Shown piece by piece: positions 45,227 through 55,795 of a DNA stretch of 64,000 nucleotides. The DNA is from an uncultured Candidatus Saccharibacteria bacterium (GTDB lineage: Bacteria > Patescibacteriota > Minisyncoccia > UBA6257 > WO2-44-18), in contig CAYJVO010000002.1 in assembly GCA_964373675.1 (NCBI GenBank), positions 3,054-67,053 of the forward strand, in the 5' to 3' direction. Every line of letters begins with the position of its first letter. Within the stretch, counting starts at the first letter, position 1. A program made the position numbers and the translations under genes. The notes under the pieces were generated by a model. That model had not been told where the DNA came from. It searched no databases and saw only the letters and a list, made by a program, of their open reading frames with translations.

Positions 45227-46162
45227 TTATCCGGAGATTAATTTTTTAAATTCTTTCAGTTTGGCTAAAAAGGTTTTTTTATCCTTAGCTTCTAAGTTCA
45301 GGCGCAGGAGGTCTTCGGTCTGTGATGGCCGCACATTAAACCACCAGGCCCCAAATTCCATTTTCAGACCATCTAGATGAGAAAGTCTTTGGGCTTCTTT
45401 TTTATATTTCTGTTCAATCTTTGTTAAAATTTTTTCTTTGTCGCTGACTCTAAAATTTATCTCTCCGGAACGATGATATTTTGGTAAGCCATCAATCCAC
45501 TCACCCAAACTCAAGCCTTGATACCTGATACCTGATATCTGATTCATAAAATAAATCGCCGTCAAAATTCCTGAATCCCAAACCGCGCTGAATTCCTTAA
45601 ACTTAAAGTAGTAATGCCCGGAAGTTTCGGCAGCAAAATCAATTTTCTTTTTATTCATCAGTTTTTTAATAAAGTAATGGCCAACTCGCGAATTAATAAT
45701 TTTTTTGCCATCGGCTGAAATCAATTCTCTGGCTAAATAGCCGGCGCGAACATCTAAAATCAAGGGTCCTTTAAAACTTCTACTTATCAACACTGCCACC
45801 GCATCCGGCGCCACCGGCTGGCCACGATCGTCTAAGAAAAATACCCGATCACCATCCGCGTCAAAAATAATGCCGAGGTCGGCTTTATGTTTACGCACTG
45901 CTGTCCGCAAATCATTAAACGCATCTCTCCTCCATGGATCCGGCCCATGCGCCGGAAAACGACCATCAGGTCTATCATTAATTAAAATAGGCTTAACTCT
46001 TGATACTTGACGCTTGACACTTGATACTCGGAAAAGTTCTTTAAGAACTTTTCCGGTGGTTCCATTAGAGCAATCAAAAACAACTTTTAAAGCTCTTTCT
46101 AGCTTTAAAAACTTTTTCAAAAAATTTATGTATAACTCCAAATAATCCATGTCGCATTTCAC
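45227..46162 (-). CDS. phosphoglucomutase/phosphomannomutase, C-terminal domains II-IV (split from N-terminal ORF; GTG start)
   Basis: 311 aa starting at a GTG that overlaps the stop of the upstream ORF (AAAATGTGAAATGC). Contains in-frame heptamer arrays at 45527-45546 and 45999-46028. Confidence 0.65.
   Translation of the reverse strand: MKCDMDYLELYINFLKKFLKLERALKVVFDCSNGTTGKVLKELFRVSSVKRQVSRVKPILINDRPDGRFPAHGPDPWRRDAFNDLRTAVRKHKADLGIIFDADGDRVFFLDDRGQPVAPDAVAVLISRSFKGPLILDVRAGYLARELISADGKKIINSRVGHYFIKKLMNKKKIDFAAETSGHYYFKFKEFSAVWDSGILTAIYFMNQISGIRYQGLSLGEWIDGLPKYHRSGEINFRVSDKEKILTKIEQKYKKEAQRLSHLDGLKMEFGAWWFNVRPSQTEDLLRLNLEAKDKKTFLAKLKEFKKLISG
45527..45546. repeat. heptamer array (CCTGATA x3) inside PMM CDS
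   Basis: CTTGATACCTGATACCTGATATCTGATT. It encodes QISGIRYQG. Confidence 0.75.
45999..46028. repeat. heptamer array (CTTGAYR x4) inside PMM CDS
   Basis: CTTGATACTTGACGCTTGACACTTGATACT. It encodes VSSVKRQVSRVK. Confidence 0.75.
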
Positions 46163-46614
46163 ATTTTGCCTTTTACCATCGATAAAATTTCCTTGCCGCT
46201 GATTGGCGCTGCTTTCGGCCCAACAATTTTTAACCCGTTGTATTCTTTTGGGTTATGGGAAGCCGTGATTATAATCCCGCCAATTGCCTTAAAATGGTTT
46301 ACCAAAAAATAAAGCATTGGCGTGGTGATCATTCCCGCTTCCACAATCTTGACACCTGATACCTGACACATGACACGCACCATCGTTTCATACAACGCCG
46401 GCGAGCTCAATCTCGCGTCGTGTCCCACCATTACAACTTTTGACTTTTGACCTTCCCTCGACCTGAGCTCGGGACGAAGGTTGGCTTTTGACTTGAAAAA
46501 ATAGCGACCCAACGCGTAGGCAATTCTAGCCGCTATTTTTTCATTTATCTCCTCCGGATACCGACCGCGGATGTCGTATGCTTTGAATATTGCTTTATTT
46601 ATCATTAGTTTCAT
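46159..46614 (-). CDS. phosphoglucomutase/phosphomannomutase, N-terminal domain I (contains active-site TASHNP)
   Basis: GGIIITASHNPKEYNGLKIVG is the PGM/PMM phosphoserine loop. 151 aa, ending 4 nt into the next ORF. Confidence 0.7.
   Translation of the reverse strand: MKLMINKAIFKAYDIRGRYPEEINEKIAARIAYALGRYFFKSKANLRPELRSREGQKSKVVMVGHDARLSSPALYETMVRVMCQVSGVKIVEAGMITTPMLYFLVNHFKAIGGIIITASHNPKEYNGLKIVGPKAAPISGKEILSMVKGKM
46339..46368. repeat. heptamer array (CTTGACA CCTGATA CCTGACA CATGACA) inside PMM N-domain CDS
   Basis: It encodes VMCQVSGVKI. Confidence 0.8.
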
Positions 46615-46629
46615 TTTATTATAAAAGCG

Positions 46630-48735
46630 ATGTCCAGGTCCAAAAAAAATATTGACGACTCAAAAAAACCTAAAATCCGTCCGGAAACCAAAAACAGTAT
46701 TGTTGCTATCTCCCTTATCGGTCTGGCGGTCATATTATTGCTGGCCAGCTTTGAAAAAGCCGGACCGGCTGGTCAGCTTATTTATTTACTTTTTAACAAA
46801 GCTTTTGGCGCCGGTTATTACATTTTGCCGGCGATCTCCCTTATTATTGCTTTCGCCTTTATTTTTTCTTCTCAGAAAAAATTTTTTGGGGTCACTTTTA
46901 TCGGGGCGACTGTTTTCCTAATCTTCGGTTTGGGGCTATTAGACATTTTGTTGCCGAAGCAAGCCGGCCTTGTCGGATCATCAGTCGGGGCCATTGAGTT
47001 AATACTCGGCTATCCGGCCTCTCTAGTTCTTACCGCTACTTTTATTATCGCTGGCCTTCTATTGACGCTCAATGCCTCAATCCGATTCGCAATCAGAAAG
47101 AAAAAAGAGGGGGAATCCTCCTTTGCTAAAGCTACGGCGGGCGAAGAAAAACCACTAGTCATAAAAACTCCGGAACCGATTGTCGCTCAACCGACCGCTG
47201 CCGCGGAGACCAAACCGGCTAAATCGGAATCCTCCTTTGCTAAAGCTTCGGAGGACGAGGAAAAACCGGATTTTGATCTGCCGATGCCGAAAGGTAGAAT
47301 AAAATCTTTTAACGCCAAAAATTATGTCGCCCCGCCGCTTTCGCTTTTAAAATCTTCTACGGAAAAACCGACTGCCGGCGATCTTCGCGCTAATGCCAAC
47401 ATCATTAAAAGAACCTTGGACAGTTTTGGCATTCCGGTGGAAATGGGAGAAATCAACATCGGACCAAAAGTCACCCGCTACACCCTCAAGCCGGCGGAGG
47501 GCGTAAAGCTCTCACGCATTGTCGCCCTGAACTCGGATCTGGCGTTGGCGCTCGCCGCCCATCCGATCCGTATTGAGGCGCCAATCCCCGGCAAATCATT
47601 GGTTGGCATTGAAGTTCCCAACAAATCCGCTGCTCTAGTCCGGTTAGGAAGTCTAATGGCTTATCAAGATTTTCAAAATGCCGGACCGCTCGCTTTTATC
47701 GTCGGCCGCGATGTAACTGGCGAACCAATTATTGCCGATGTTGAAAAAATGCCTCATCTTCTGGTTGCCGGCGCCACCGGATCGGGAAAATCAGTAATGA
47801 TCCACTCAATGATCGTTTCGCTTCTTTATAAAAACTCGCCCGACATCCTCAAATTAGTACTCATTGACCCCAAAAGAGTTGAATTGACCGCTTATGATGG
47901 CGTGCCTCACTTGATTACTAAAGTGATTACTGACGGCAAAAAAACCATTAGCGTATTTAGATGGGTGATTCAGGAAATGGAACGCCGCTACGAACTTCTT
48001 CAAAATGCCGGCTCGCGCGACATCCACAGTTTCAACAAAATGGCTGACCAGCCAATGTCTTATATATTAATAGTAGTTGACGAACTGGCTGACTTAATGG
48101 CAGCTTATGGCCGAGAAATAGAAAGCTCCGTTGTCCGTCTGGCGCAAATGGCCCGCGCCACTGGAATTCATTTGGTGGTCTCTACTCAACGACCGTCAGT
48201 AGAAGTGATTACCGGCCTTATCAAAGCAAACATCACCAGCCGCGTTGCTCTTCAAGTCGCCAGCCAAGTAGACTCGCGAACTATTTTGGATTCTGCCGGA
48301 GCGGAAAAACTTCTGGGCGGAGGCGATCTTTTATTTATCTCTTCAGAATTCTCCAAGCCCAAACGGATCCAAGGCGCCTACATTTCCGAAGAAGAAATCA
48401 ATAAAGTCGCCGATTTCATCAAGGATAATAACGGATTCGCCGGCGAATCCGAGATAACCGTAATGCCCGGCTCCCCTGCTTTGCCAAATGATTGGTCTGC
48501 TGACGAAGAAGATGAACTCTTTGATGAAGCTATTCAGGTGGTCAAAGAAGCGAAAAAAGCATCGGCCTCGCTGCTCCAGCGCCGCCTTAAAGTCGGCTAT
48601 GCTCGGGCCGCCCGACTACTAGACTTGATGGAGGCCAAAAATTTAATTGGGCCGGGCGAAGGAGCCAAACCAAGGGAAATTCTTATGGATCTAGGCGATG
48701 ACAGCATAGACAACAAAGATGGTGATGCTATATAA
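46630..48735 (+). CDS. ftsK: DNA translocase FtsK/SpoIIIE
   Basis: N-terminal TM segments, a linker, a motor domain (LLVAGATGSGKSV Walker A; VVDELADL Walker B) and a C-terminal gamma wHTH. Confidence 0.9.
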   Translation: MSRSKKNIDDSKKPKIRPETKNSIVAISLIGLAVILLLASFEKAGPAGQLIYLLFNKAFGAGYYILPAISLIIAFAFIFSSQKKFFGVTFIGATVFLIFGLGLLDILLPKQAGLVGSSVGAIELILGYPASLVLTATFIIAGLLLTLNASIRFAIRKKKEGESSFAKATAGEEKPLVIKTPEPIVAQPTAAAETKPAKSESSFAKASEDEEKPDFDLPMPKGRIKSFNAKNYVAPPLSLLKSSTEKPTAGDLRANANIIKRTLDSFGIPVEMGEINIGPKVTRYTLKPAEGVKLSRIVALNSDLALALAAHPIRIEAPIPGKSLVGIEVPNKSAALVRLGSLMAYQDFQNAGPLAFIVGRDVTGEPIIADVEKMPHLLVAGATGSGKSVMIHSMIVSLLYKNSPDILKLVLIDPKRVELTAYDGVPHLITKVITDGKKTISVFRWVIQEMERRYELLQNAGSRDIHSFNKMADQPMSYILIVVDELADLMAAYGREIESSVVRLAQMARATGIHLVVSTQRPSVEVITGLIKANITSRVALQVASQVDSRTILDSAGAEKLLGGGDLLFISSEFSKPKRIQGAYISEEEINKVADFIKDNNGFAGESEITVMPGSPALPNDWSADEEDELFDEAIQVVKEAKKASASLLQRRLKVGYARAARLLDLMEAKNLIGPGEGAKPREILMDLGDDSIDNKDGDAI

Positions 48736-48744
48736 TCTTTCAAA

Positions 48745-49392
48745 ATGGAAAAGTCTCTAAAAGAACTCCTTAAAGAACAGCTAGAACTAAAAGGAATCTC
48801 CATGCAACGGCTGCATCAGTTAACCAGCGTCCCGGAAAGATATCTTGCCGGCATTTTAGAAATTGACCCGCGCAACATTCCTGCCTTGCCATATGTAAGG
48901 GGTTATTTAATAAAAATCGGGGAGATATTGGGTTTAGACGGCGAAGAGCTTTGGAAAAAATACAAAAAAGAAACGGAGATTAAAAGCTCAGGAGAAAAAG
49001 ATTGTCTGCCAGAGAATCGCTACGCCATTAAAACAATAAACAGGCGCTGGACGATTCTGGTCGTCATTGTGGTGTTGGCGATTGGCTATGCCACTCTGAA
49101 TGCCGGCAGAATTCTTGGAAGACCGGAATTAACAATCCATTCACCAATCCAAGACCAAACTATAACGGCGAATACGATTTACAATCTCTCTGGGAAAATT
49201 AATCCCCGGGACACTCTTAAAATTAACGGTGAGGAAGTTGTGGTAGAAACTGACGGACAATTTGATAAATTCTACAGTCTCCAGCCCGGCTTAAACACTT
49301 TTGTATTTAGCGTCAAACGGCTTTTAGGAAAAGAGGCCCGAGTCGTAAAACAACTGATTTACCAACCACAACAACAAGTTGGCAATAAATAA
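48745..49392 (+). CDS. RodZ-like protein (N-terminal XRE-type HTH, single TM, C-terminal domain)
   Basis: [22 protein letters not shown] is HTH-like, followed by TM helix [17 protein letters not shown]. Confidence 0.45.
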   Translation: MEKSLKELLKEQLELKGISMQRLHQLTSVPERYLAGILEIDPRNIPALPYVRGYLIKIGEILGLDGEELWKKYKKETEIKSSGEKDCLPENRYAIKTINRRWTILVVIVVLAIGYATLNAGRILGRPELTIHSPIQDQTITANTIYNLSGKINPRDTLKINGEEVVVETDGQFDKFYSLQPGLNTFVFSVKRLLGKEARVVKQLIYQPQQQVGNK

Positions 49393-50386
49393 CATGGCTA
49401 AAAAAGAGCTGGAACCAAAAAACGATCTGAATCGGCTTCTGGAAACCCTGCAGGAAAAGTACGGCGAGGGTGCCATTATGAAGCTGGGTGAAACTAAAAA
49501 AGCCAGCGTGGAGGTGGTTCCTACCGGTTCTTTCTCGCTGGATCTTGCTTTGGGAGTCGGCGGACTGCCAAGGGGTAGAATCGTGGAAATTTTTGGACCC
49601 GAAAGCAGCGGAAAAACTACTTTAGCGCTTAATGTCATTGCCCAGTCCCAAAAACGGGATGGGAAGGCCGCATTTATTGACGCGGAGCATGCCTTGGACC
49701 CTGACTATGCCACGAAGTTAGGGGTAAAAATCAAAGAACTGCTTATTTCTCAGCCGGACAACGGCGAAGAGGCCCTGAATATCCTTGAAAGTCTTGTGCG
49801 CTCCGGAATGATTGATGTTGTAGTGGTAGATTCGGTAGCGGCTTTGACGCCCAAAGCGGAAATTGAGGGAGAAATGGGAGCCCAATTCATCGGCTTGCAA
49901 GCCCGACTAATGTCCCAAGCATTAAGAAAACTGACTGCTATTGCCGCCAAATCCAACACTCTCATCGTTTTTATCAATCAGCTTAGAGAAAAAATCGGAA
50001 TAATGTTCGGCAATCCCGAAACCACCCCCGGCGGCCGAGCTTTAAAATTTTATTCCTCGGTACGCATTGATATCCGGCGAATAGCTCAGTTGAAAAAAGG
50101 CGATCAGGTAACCGGCAATCGCGTAAGAGCTAAAGTGGTGAAAAACAAAGTGGCGGCACCGTTTAGACTTGCTGAATTTGACATCTATTATAATGAAGGT
50201 ATTTCTTATGAAGCTGATGTGATCAATGCTGCGCTAAAATATGGCGTTATCACAAAAAGCGGCGCCAGCTACAGTTTTAACGGTGAAAAATTAGGCATTG
50301 GCATTGAAAATGTAAAAAATAAATTAACCGAAGATAAAAAACTTTTAAAAGAGATTGAGAAAAAAATCTTGGAGATAACTAAATAA
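49379..50386 (+). CDS. recA: recombinase RecA
   Basis: [19 protein letters not shown] is Walker A; also [14 protein letters not shown]. 335 aa. Confidence 0.95.
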   Translation: MAINNMAKKELEPKNDLNRLLETLQEKYGEGAIMKLGETKKASVEVVPTGSFSLDLALGVGGLPRGRIVEIFGPESSGKTTLALNVIAQSQKRDGKAAFIDAEHALDPDYATKLGVKIKELLISQPDNGEEALNILESLVRSGMIDVVVVDSVAALTPKAEIEGEMGAQFIGLQARLMSQALRKLTAIAAKSNTLIVFINQLREKIGIMFGNPETTPGGRALKFYSSVRIDIRRIAQLKKGDQVTGNRVRAKVVKNKVAAPFRLAEFDIYYNEGISYEADVINAALKYGVITKSGASYSFNGEKLGIGIENVKNKLTEDKKLLKEIEKKILEITK

Positions 50387-50910
50387 TGGTTTTTTTGCTG
50401 AAAACTGCCGTTCTTTTATCTTTATTGACTGGTTTCTATGGCTGGCTTACTAATCAGCCGGCGATTGCGGTTCCCTACGGCATTATTAATCCGCTGATCC
50501 TTCTTGCCATCTCTTGGTTGGCTCAAAAAACCTCTCATCGCCAAAGCGTTGAAACTTTGGCGGCGGCTATTTTATTAATTAACATTCCCGGTAGCGTTTA
50601 TCTCCACAAAATTGGGATCCAATATGATGTCCCGCTCCATTTTTTGGTGTCTTTTTGGAGTTTTGAAATTTTGGCTTTATTTCTAAAAGATTTTTTTCCC
50701 AATAGCCGGTTCGTTTATTCAACTGCTTTTGCTTTAATAATAGTGGGCGGTTTAGGATTTGAGGGATTACAGAAAAGTTCTGATTTAATTTTCAACACCC
50801 AACTATTTTTTGACGCAGCGCAACCGATATCGCTGGATTTTACCGTTGATTTGATAATGGATACGCTTGGAGGGCTGGCGGGCTGGCTGAAAATCAAATC
50901 AACATTTTAA
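50386..50910 (+). CDS. small polytopic membrane protein, hypothetical
   Basis: 174 aa with 4-5 hydrophobic segments. Confidence 0.3.
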   Translation: MVFLLKTAVLLSLLTGFYGWLTNQPAIAVPYGIINPLILLAISWLAQKTSHRQSVETLAAAILLINIPGSVYLHKIGIQYDVPLHFLVSFWSFEILALFLKDFFPNSRFVYSTAFALIIVGGLGFEGLQKSSDLIFNTQLFFDAAQPISLDFTVDLIMDTLGGLAGWLKIKSTF

Positions 50911-51859
50911 CTGTTTTAGCCAGCTTTTCGGAATCGTGACGAATCAAACCGGAAGTTCTAATAAGATTTGCTGTAATCGGGGTGGGGCCTTTGGGAAAAT
51001 TTTCTAGATCCGGCTCTACAAATTCCGATTTTTCCCGAATATAAGGTTTAAAGCGCATAGCGCTCGGCTTGGTTTTGTTCACTGCCACAAAATCAATGGC
51101 GCTTTTGCCAAGATAATATTCCATTACCTCAACAAAGTCCGAAGCGCGAAAGCCGGAAGTTTCGCCCTGTTTGGTCATTAAATTAACAAAATAAATCACT
51201 TTGCCCCGAGCTTGTCTAACGGCTTCTTTTAATCCCCCTACCAGCAGATTAGGAATCAAACTTGTATAAAGATCGCCTGGTCCGATAATAATGGCGTCCG
51301 CTTCTAAAATTGCCTTTCTGGCTTCCGGGTTAACTGACACATTGGGCTTAAGCCAAACCCGACGGATTTTTTTAACACCATCATGTTTAGGAATATCAAT
51401 GTTCGTTTCGCCTTTTATAATCTTCCCATCCTCCAGCTCGGCCATTAAATAAGTAGTTTTTAGGGTAACTGGCAGCACTCTTCCTTTAACCGATAAGATT
51501 TTAGAAACTTCCCCAATAGCCTTGCTGAAACCGCCGGTAATTCTTTCCAGAGCGATGATCATTAAATTTCCAAAGCTGTGGCCAGAAAGCCCGCTACCTT
51601 CAATAAAACGGTAATTAAAAAGCTGGGACAAGATCTTATTATCCGAATCGGATAACGCAATCAGAGCGCGGCGGATATCTCCGGGCGGCAGAATCCCGAA
51701 TTCTTCCCGCAAAATTCCGGTTGATCCGCCGTCATCCGACATCGTCACAATCGCAGTTAAATCATTAAAATAATGCTTCAAACCCGAAAGTACCGTAAAA
51801 ACGCCCGTCCCTCCGCCGATAACAACTATTTTTTTATTGATTTTCTTTGATGGATTCAT
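50894..51859 (-). CDS. YvcK-like gluconeogenesis factor (UPF0052/CofD-like family)
   Basis: KIVVIGGGTGVFTVLSGLK...LTAIVTMSDDGGSTG is the family signature. Confidence 0.8.
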   Translation of the reverse strand: MNPSKKINKKIVVIGGGTGVFTVLSGLKHYFNDLTAIVTMSDDGGSTGILREEFGILPPGDIRRALIALSDSDNKILSQLFNYRFIEGSGLSGHSFGNLMIIALERITGGFSKAIGEVSKILSVKGRVLPVTLKTTYLMAELEDGKIIKGETNIDIPKHDGVKKIRRVWLKPNVSVNPEARKAILEADAIIIGPGDLYTSLIPNLLVGGLKEAVRQARGKVIYFVNLMTKQGETSGFRASDFVEVMEYYLGKSAIDFVAVNKTKPSAMRFKPYIREKSEFVEPDLENFPKGPTPITANLIRTSGLIRHDSEKLAKTVKMLI

Positions 51860-51861
51860 TT

Positions 51862-53355
51862 TTATGCTCCTCTTTGCTCCGGCTGTCCACCGCGAATCTG
51901 ACGATACTGCTCTTTGTACTTTTCAATCATTTTTTCGACTTCCTCATGGGGAATTTCAACTCTTAAAAGATCAATCGCATTGATTGTATCATAAATATCA
52001 AATTTATTTTTCAACTTATAAATTGCGTCGCGCCAAAGAATTGCTTTTTCATATTCGCCTTTTTTGACTGCCTTTTTTTCCAGCTTTCCCATTATATCAA
52101 GAAAAGCGTAATAAACTCCTTTTTCGGCGCCGCCCCGGCCAATGGTCCGGTCTTTGAAAGGAATGCGCAGAATCGCTTTTTGCTCACGCATCATTTGCCT
52201 AACCTTGCCTGCCCGCTGCCACTGAAATCCTGTTGAGATGATATTCTCATACCAGGTCCGGGCTTTTTCCAGTTTTTCTTTGTCTAAATTAGGAATCGCC
52301 CGCATAAAATCCAGCAAGCGGTAAGCGCCGTCTTCAATCATTTCCAAACTCCACCACGGCTTGGCCGAAGCCCACCAAATGTGATCGCTGGCCAGCGCTA
52401 TATCCATCTTCTTCCGGACCAAGGAATAAGCGGGGTGATTTTTATCAAGAGCGTAAACTTCGTTCAACGCGAACTTAACAAACTCCCACTGCCAGTGATG
52501 AATCATATTTTCCGGATCAGACCAGGAAAGAAACTGAATTTCTTTATTAATATCCTCCTGACTGGAGGCCCAGGTGGATTTAAGCGGCATTGCCTCTTCA
52601 ATTTCTTGGTAATACTCCGGGATTTCTGATACTTTTATTAATTCAAATTCGGGCGCCTCAAAAATCTCAAATAGCATTTTTTCAAGGCCCGGCCGGTGAT
52701 GACCGAAGGTCTCGCCATCCATTGCCGTTACCAAATATCGCCCGCTTTTTAAGTCATCTTTCATTGCCTCAACCAACGTTTCGCGCGATCTGACCACCGC
52801 GCTCATTATCAAATTACTCAATCTTCTTTCCCTGAAAAAAATTTTTAGATTTGTGCCTTTAATCCGATAAATTTTTTTGTAATCAACACTGCCAACCCGG
52901 CCATTTAAGGCAATTTCATCTAGGATTATCCATTTAAAACCGAGGTCGTTAATAATCGGCGCTAATTTCTCATGATAAGCCATCTCCGGCGGAAAAAATC
53001 CCTCGGGATTATAAGCGTCGCCCAGAAAAAATCGGCAAGTTTCGTCGTTGATTTTAATCTGCCGGACAATTTCCTGTTCTTCCAAAAATGGCAAAAAAGC
53101 ATGGTACTTGGCCGAACTAGTGTATTCAACCCGTCCTTCTTTGCCTAATTCCCGCAAAATATCAATGAGTCCTTGATATTTATATTTATCAAAAACTTCC
53201 AAAAGCGCCCCACTTACATTAAAAGTAAGACGAACCCGCTTATGCTTCTTAATGCCCTCCAGAATCGGCCGGTAACTTTGGGCGACAATCGCTTCCAAAA
53301 TATCCGGCTGCTGCTCGGCCGGCTGATAGATGTGTAAAAAATTAGCCCAGTACAT
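51862..53355 (-). CDS. glycoside hydrolase family 57 protein (alpha-glucan branching/amylopullulanase-like)
   Basis: The N-terminus MYWANFLHIYQP matches the GH57 HxHQP start. 497 aa. Confidence 0.75.
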   Translation of the reverse strand: MYWANFLHIYQPAEQQPDILEAIVAQSYRPILEGIKKHKRVRLTFNVSGALLEVFDKYKYQGLIDILRELGKEGRVEYTSSAKYHAFLPFLEEQEIVRQIKINDETCRFFLGDAYNPEGFFPPEMAYHEKLAPIINDLGFKWIILDEIALNGRVGSVDYKKIYRIKGTNLKIFFRERRLSNLIMSAVVRSRETLVEAMKDDLKSGRYLVTAMDGETFGHHRPGLEKMLFEIFEAPEFELIKVSEIPEYYQEIEEAMPLKSTWASSQEDINKEIQFLSWSDPENMIHHWQWEFVKFALNEVYALDKNHPAYSLVRKKMDIALASDHIWWASAKPWWSLEMIEDGAYRLLDFMRAIPNLDKEKLEKARTWYENIISTGFQWQRAGKVRQMMREQKAILRIPFKDRTIGRGGAEKGVYYAFLDIMGKLEKKAVKKGEYEKAILWRDAIYKLKNKFDIYDTINAIDLLRVEIPHEEVEKMIEKYKEQYRQIRGGQPEQRGA

Positions 53356-54868
53356 TTCTTGTCAATGCTTTGGCCGCTTCAAATATCTTTAAATAATCGG
53401 CAGCTGAACGCTTCCAGGAAAAATCTTTTGCCATGGCCCTTTTTTTAATTTCCTGCCAGGTTTTCAAATCACGATAAACTTCAAACGCTCGGGAAACGGC
53501 AACCACTAAAGACATCGGGTCAAAGGCCTCAAAAACAAAACCAGTCCCGCTCTCGTTAACTGGATCGTAGTCTTCTACCGTATCAGCTAAACCGCCGGTT
53601 TTACGAACAATGGGAATCGCTCCGTAACGCATTGCTTCCATCTGTATTAAGCCCGATGGTTCAAACTTGGAAGGAATCAAAATCGCATCCGCGCCGGCAT
53701 AAACCAAATGCGGCAAATCTTTGTCAAAACTCAAATGAGCAGCCGCCTGTCCTTTAAACCGACTTTCCAAATCCTGAAAAAAAGACATGTACTTTGATTC
53801 TCCGGTTCCTAAAATAACTAGCTGAAATTTCAATTCCTTCAAGAGCTGGTCAACGACCGGAAACAACAAATCAAACCCTTTTTGTTCCATTAAACGGGAA
53901 ACGATTCCTACTAAAAATACTTTCTCATCTTGAGGCAAACCGAAGCGCGACTGCAAATGAAGTTTATTTTTAACTCTTTTATCCAAACTATCAAGATTGT
54001 AACGCTCGGCTAAATTAGGATTGGTTTCCGGATTAAAAATTTTGTAATCAATCGCATTCAGTATGCCGTAAAGCCGCGAACGGCGCTCCCTTAGCAAACC
54101 ATCCAACCCCTCGCCAAATTCCGGCGTAGTGATCTCTCTAGCGTAATTCTGGGAAACGGTGGTAATGATGTCCGCATACAAAATGCCGCGGCGCATGCCA
54201 TTAATTTTTAAAAGCCGCGGATTGAAAAATGACGGGATTGAGGACTGACCGTCATCATAATCCAATTCGGAAATAAAACGGTGATCAAACATTCCCTGAT
54301 AATACAAATTATGAATAGTGAAAACGACGGCAATTTTGTTCAGTTTACCGTCGTTTTTATAGACGGTTTTTAAATAATTCGGCAGAAACCCGGTCTGCCA
54401 ATCGGAGGCCACGATTATATCCGGCTGCCATTTAGATACCCGAAGCCATTCCAAGGCGCCGCGGCACAAAAGCGTCCAGCGAACTGCGTCGTCGGCATAA
54501 CCGTAGACATTCGCCCGCTGCTCATAATATTCCATGTTTTCCAAAAAATAAGTCGTTGCCGGTGACCGCGGCACAGTTCCTTCTGTAAATTTTTTGACAT
54601 TGCAGGTCAAATATTTCGGTTCTGTATCCCCTTCAGCGTCAGTCGGCACCTGCAAACCCTCTAGTTCCATTTCCAATTTGAATTGCTGAAGATCAATGCC
54701 GGCATAACGCGGCACCAATACTCGCGCGTCATGGCCGATTTTCTTTAAGGCCCGGGGCAAAGAAAACATCACCTCTCCCAGCCCTCCCACCTTCATAAAT
54801 GGAGAACACTCCGGCGTAACAAAAAGAATTTTCAGCGGCGGTTTTTTGACAAAAAATGGAAATGCCAT
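53342..54868 (-). CDS. glgA: glycogen synthase (GT5, GlgA-like)
   Basis: KILFVTPECSPFMKVGGLGEV is the GlgA N-terminal ADP-glucose-binding motif. Confidence 0.85.
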   Translation of the reverse strand: MAFPFFVKKPPLKILFVTPECSPFMKVGGLGEVMFSLPRALKKIGHDARVLVPRYAGIDLQQFKLEMELEGLQVPTDAEGDTEPKYLTCNVKKFTEGTVPRSPATTYFLENMEYYEQRANVYGYADDAVRWTLLCRGALEWLRVSKWQPDIIVASDWQTGFLPNYLKTVYKNDGKLNKIAVVFTIHNLYYQGMFDHRFISELDYDDGQSSIPSFFNPRLLKINGMRRGILYADIITTVSQNYAREITTPEFGEGLDGLLRERRSRLYGILNAIDYKIFNPETNPNLAERYNLDSLDKRVKNKLHLQSRFGLPQDEKVFLVGIVSRLMEQKGFDLLFPVVDQLLKELKFQLVILGTGESKYMSFFQDLESRFKGQAAAHLSFDKDLPHLVYAGADAILIPSKFEPSGLIQMEAMRYGAIPIVRKTGGLADTVEDYDPVNESGTGFVFEAFDPMSLVVAVSRAFEVYRDLKTWQEIKKRAMAKDFSWKRSAADYLKIFEAAKALTRNVLG

Positions 54869-54923
54869 ATCAAAAATTATAACATCTTAAAACCTATCTC
54901 AATAATATCTCAATAGGTTCTAT

Positions 54924-55529
54924 TTAGATATTATTATTGAGATGAGTTCCGATTTTCTTAGAAAAAATTTTCTTTAAAAGATACTCTCCGCCGATAAATA
55001 ATACCAGCGATCCGATGATAACCCACTCCATTTTACGGACAAGCCAACGCGCGCCCTCCGGGCCAACAAAATAGCCGGCGGTAAAAGTTAAAATTCCCAT
55101 AACCGCTACCCACAGACAGCCGGCGAAAAAATGAATTTTAAAAAACTTCTTGAATGCCAATCCCTGCCAGCCGGCAATTAAAGGGGTGAGGCGGTTAATG
55201 TAGTACATAAATTTGGCAAAAAAGGCCATTCTGGAATACCGGCTCATAAAATTTTTATCCAGCCACTCGTGATAAGTGCTGAAACGAACGGTTAAAAGAA
55301 AACCCAGTTTAGTGCTTCGCACATATTTCCCCAGCGAATACCACAAAATATCGCCTAAAACTGCGCCTCCTAAAATTACTCCTAGAATGATTGACCAATT
55401 CAACTGTCCCTGCCAGGCAAAAATTGCTGCCAGCAGAAAAATCAAATCCCCCTCAATAAACATTCCGCCAAAAATGATCGCGTAAGCCCAGAAAGGGTTA
55501 TTCGCAACAAAACTTTCCAAACCAGTCAT
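54924..55529 (-). CDS. DedA-family membrane protein
   Basis: 201 aa with a DedA/SNARE-associated topology and motif (GxxxVxxGRxxP-like region FFAKFMYYINRLTPLIAG). Confidence 0.65.
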   Translation of the reverse strand: MTGLESFVANNPFWAYAIIFGGMFIEGDLIFLLAAIFAWQGQLNWSIILGVILGGAVLGDILWYSLGKYVRSTKLGFLLTVRFSTYHEWLDKNFMSRYSRMAFFAKFMYYINRLTPLIAGWQGLAFKKFFKIHFFAGCLWVAVMGILTFTAGYFVGPEGARWLVRKMEWVIIGSLVLFIGGEYLLKKIFSKKIGTHLNNNI

Positions 55530-55544
55530 TCTTTTATTTTAACA

Positions 55545-55581
55545 TCTTATTAATAAAACAACCCCGCAAGGCGAGGTTGTT
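55545..55581 (-). terminator. rho-independent terminator
   Basis: On the minus strand, AACAACC-TCGCCTTGCGG-GGTTGTT is followed by TTATTAATAA. Confidence 0.5.
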
Positions 55582-55589
55582 TTATCGGG

Positions 55590-55790
55590 CTATAGATTCT
55601 GCAAATCAACGTCTATATCAGAGAATTCCTTGTCCACCTCTCCCAAATCTAATCCGCTCAATTCTGATTCTATGGCTTGTTCTGCCGTATTAGCCGGCGG
55701 AGAAACTTGGCCACCTTGTCTTAAATAGTACCAGCCTAATAAGGCAATAATGATAATGCCGATAATAATCCAAATGAGATTTTTAGTCAT
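55590..55790 (-). CDS. small membrane protein, hypothetical
   Basis: 66 aa with a single TM (LIWIIIGIIIIALLGWYYL). Confidence 0.3.
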   Translation of the reverse strand: MTKNLIWIIIGIIIIALLGWYYLRQGGQVSPPANTAEQAIESELSGLDLGEVDKEFSDIDVDLQNL

Positions 55791-55795
55791 GTTAT

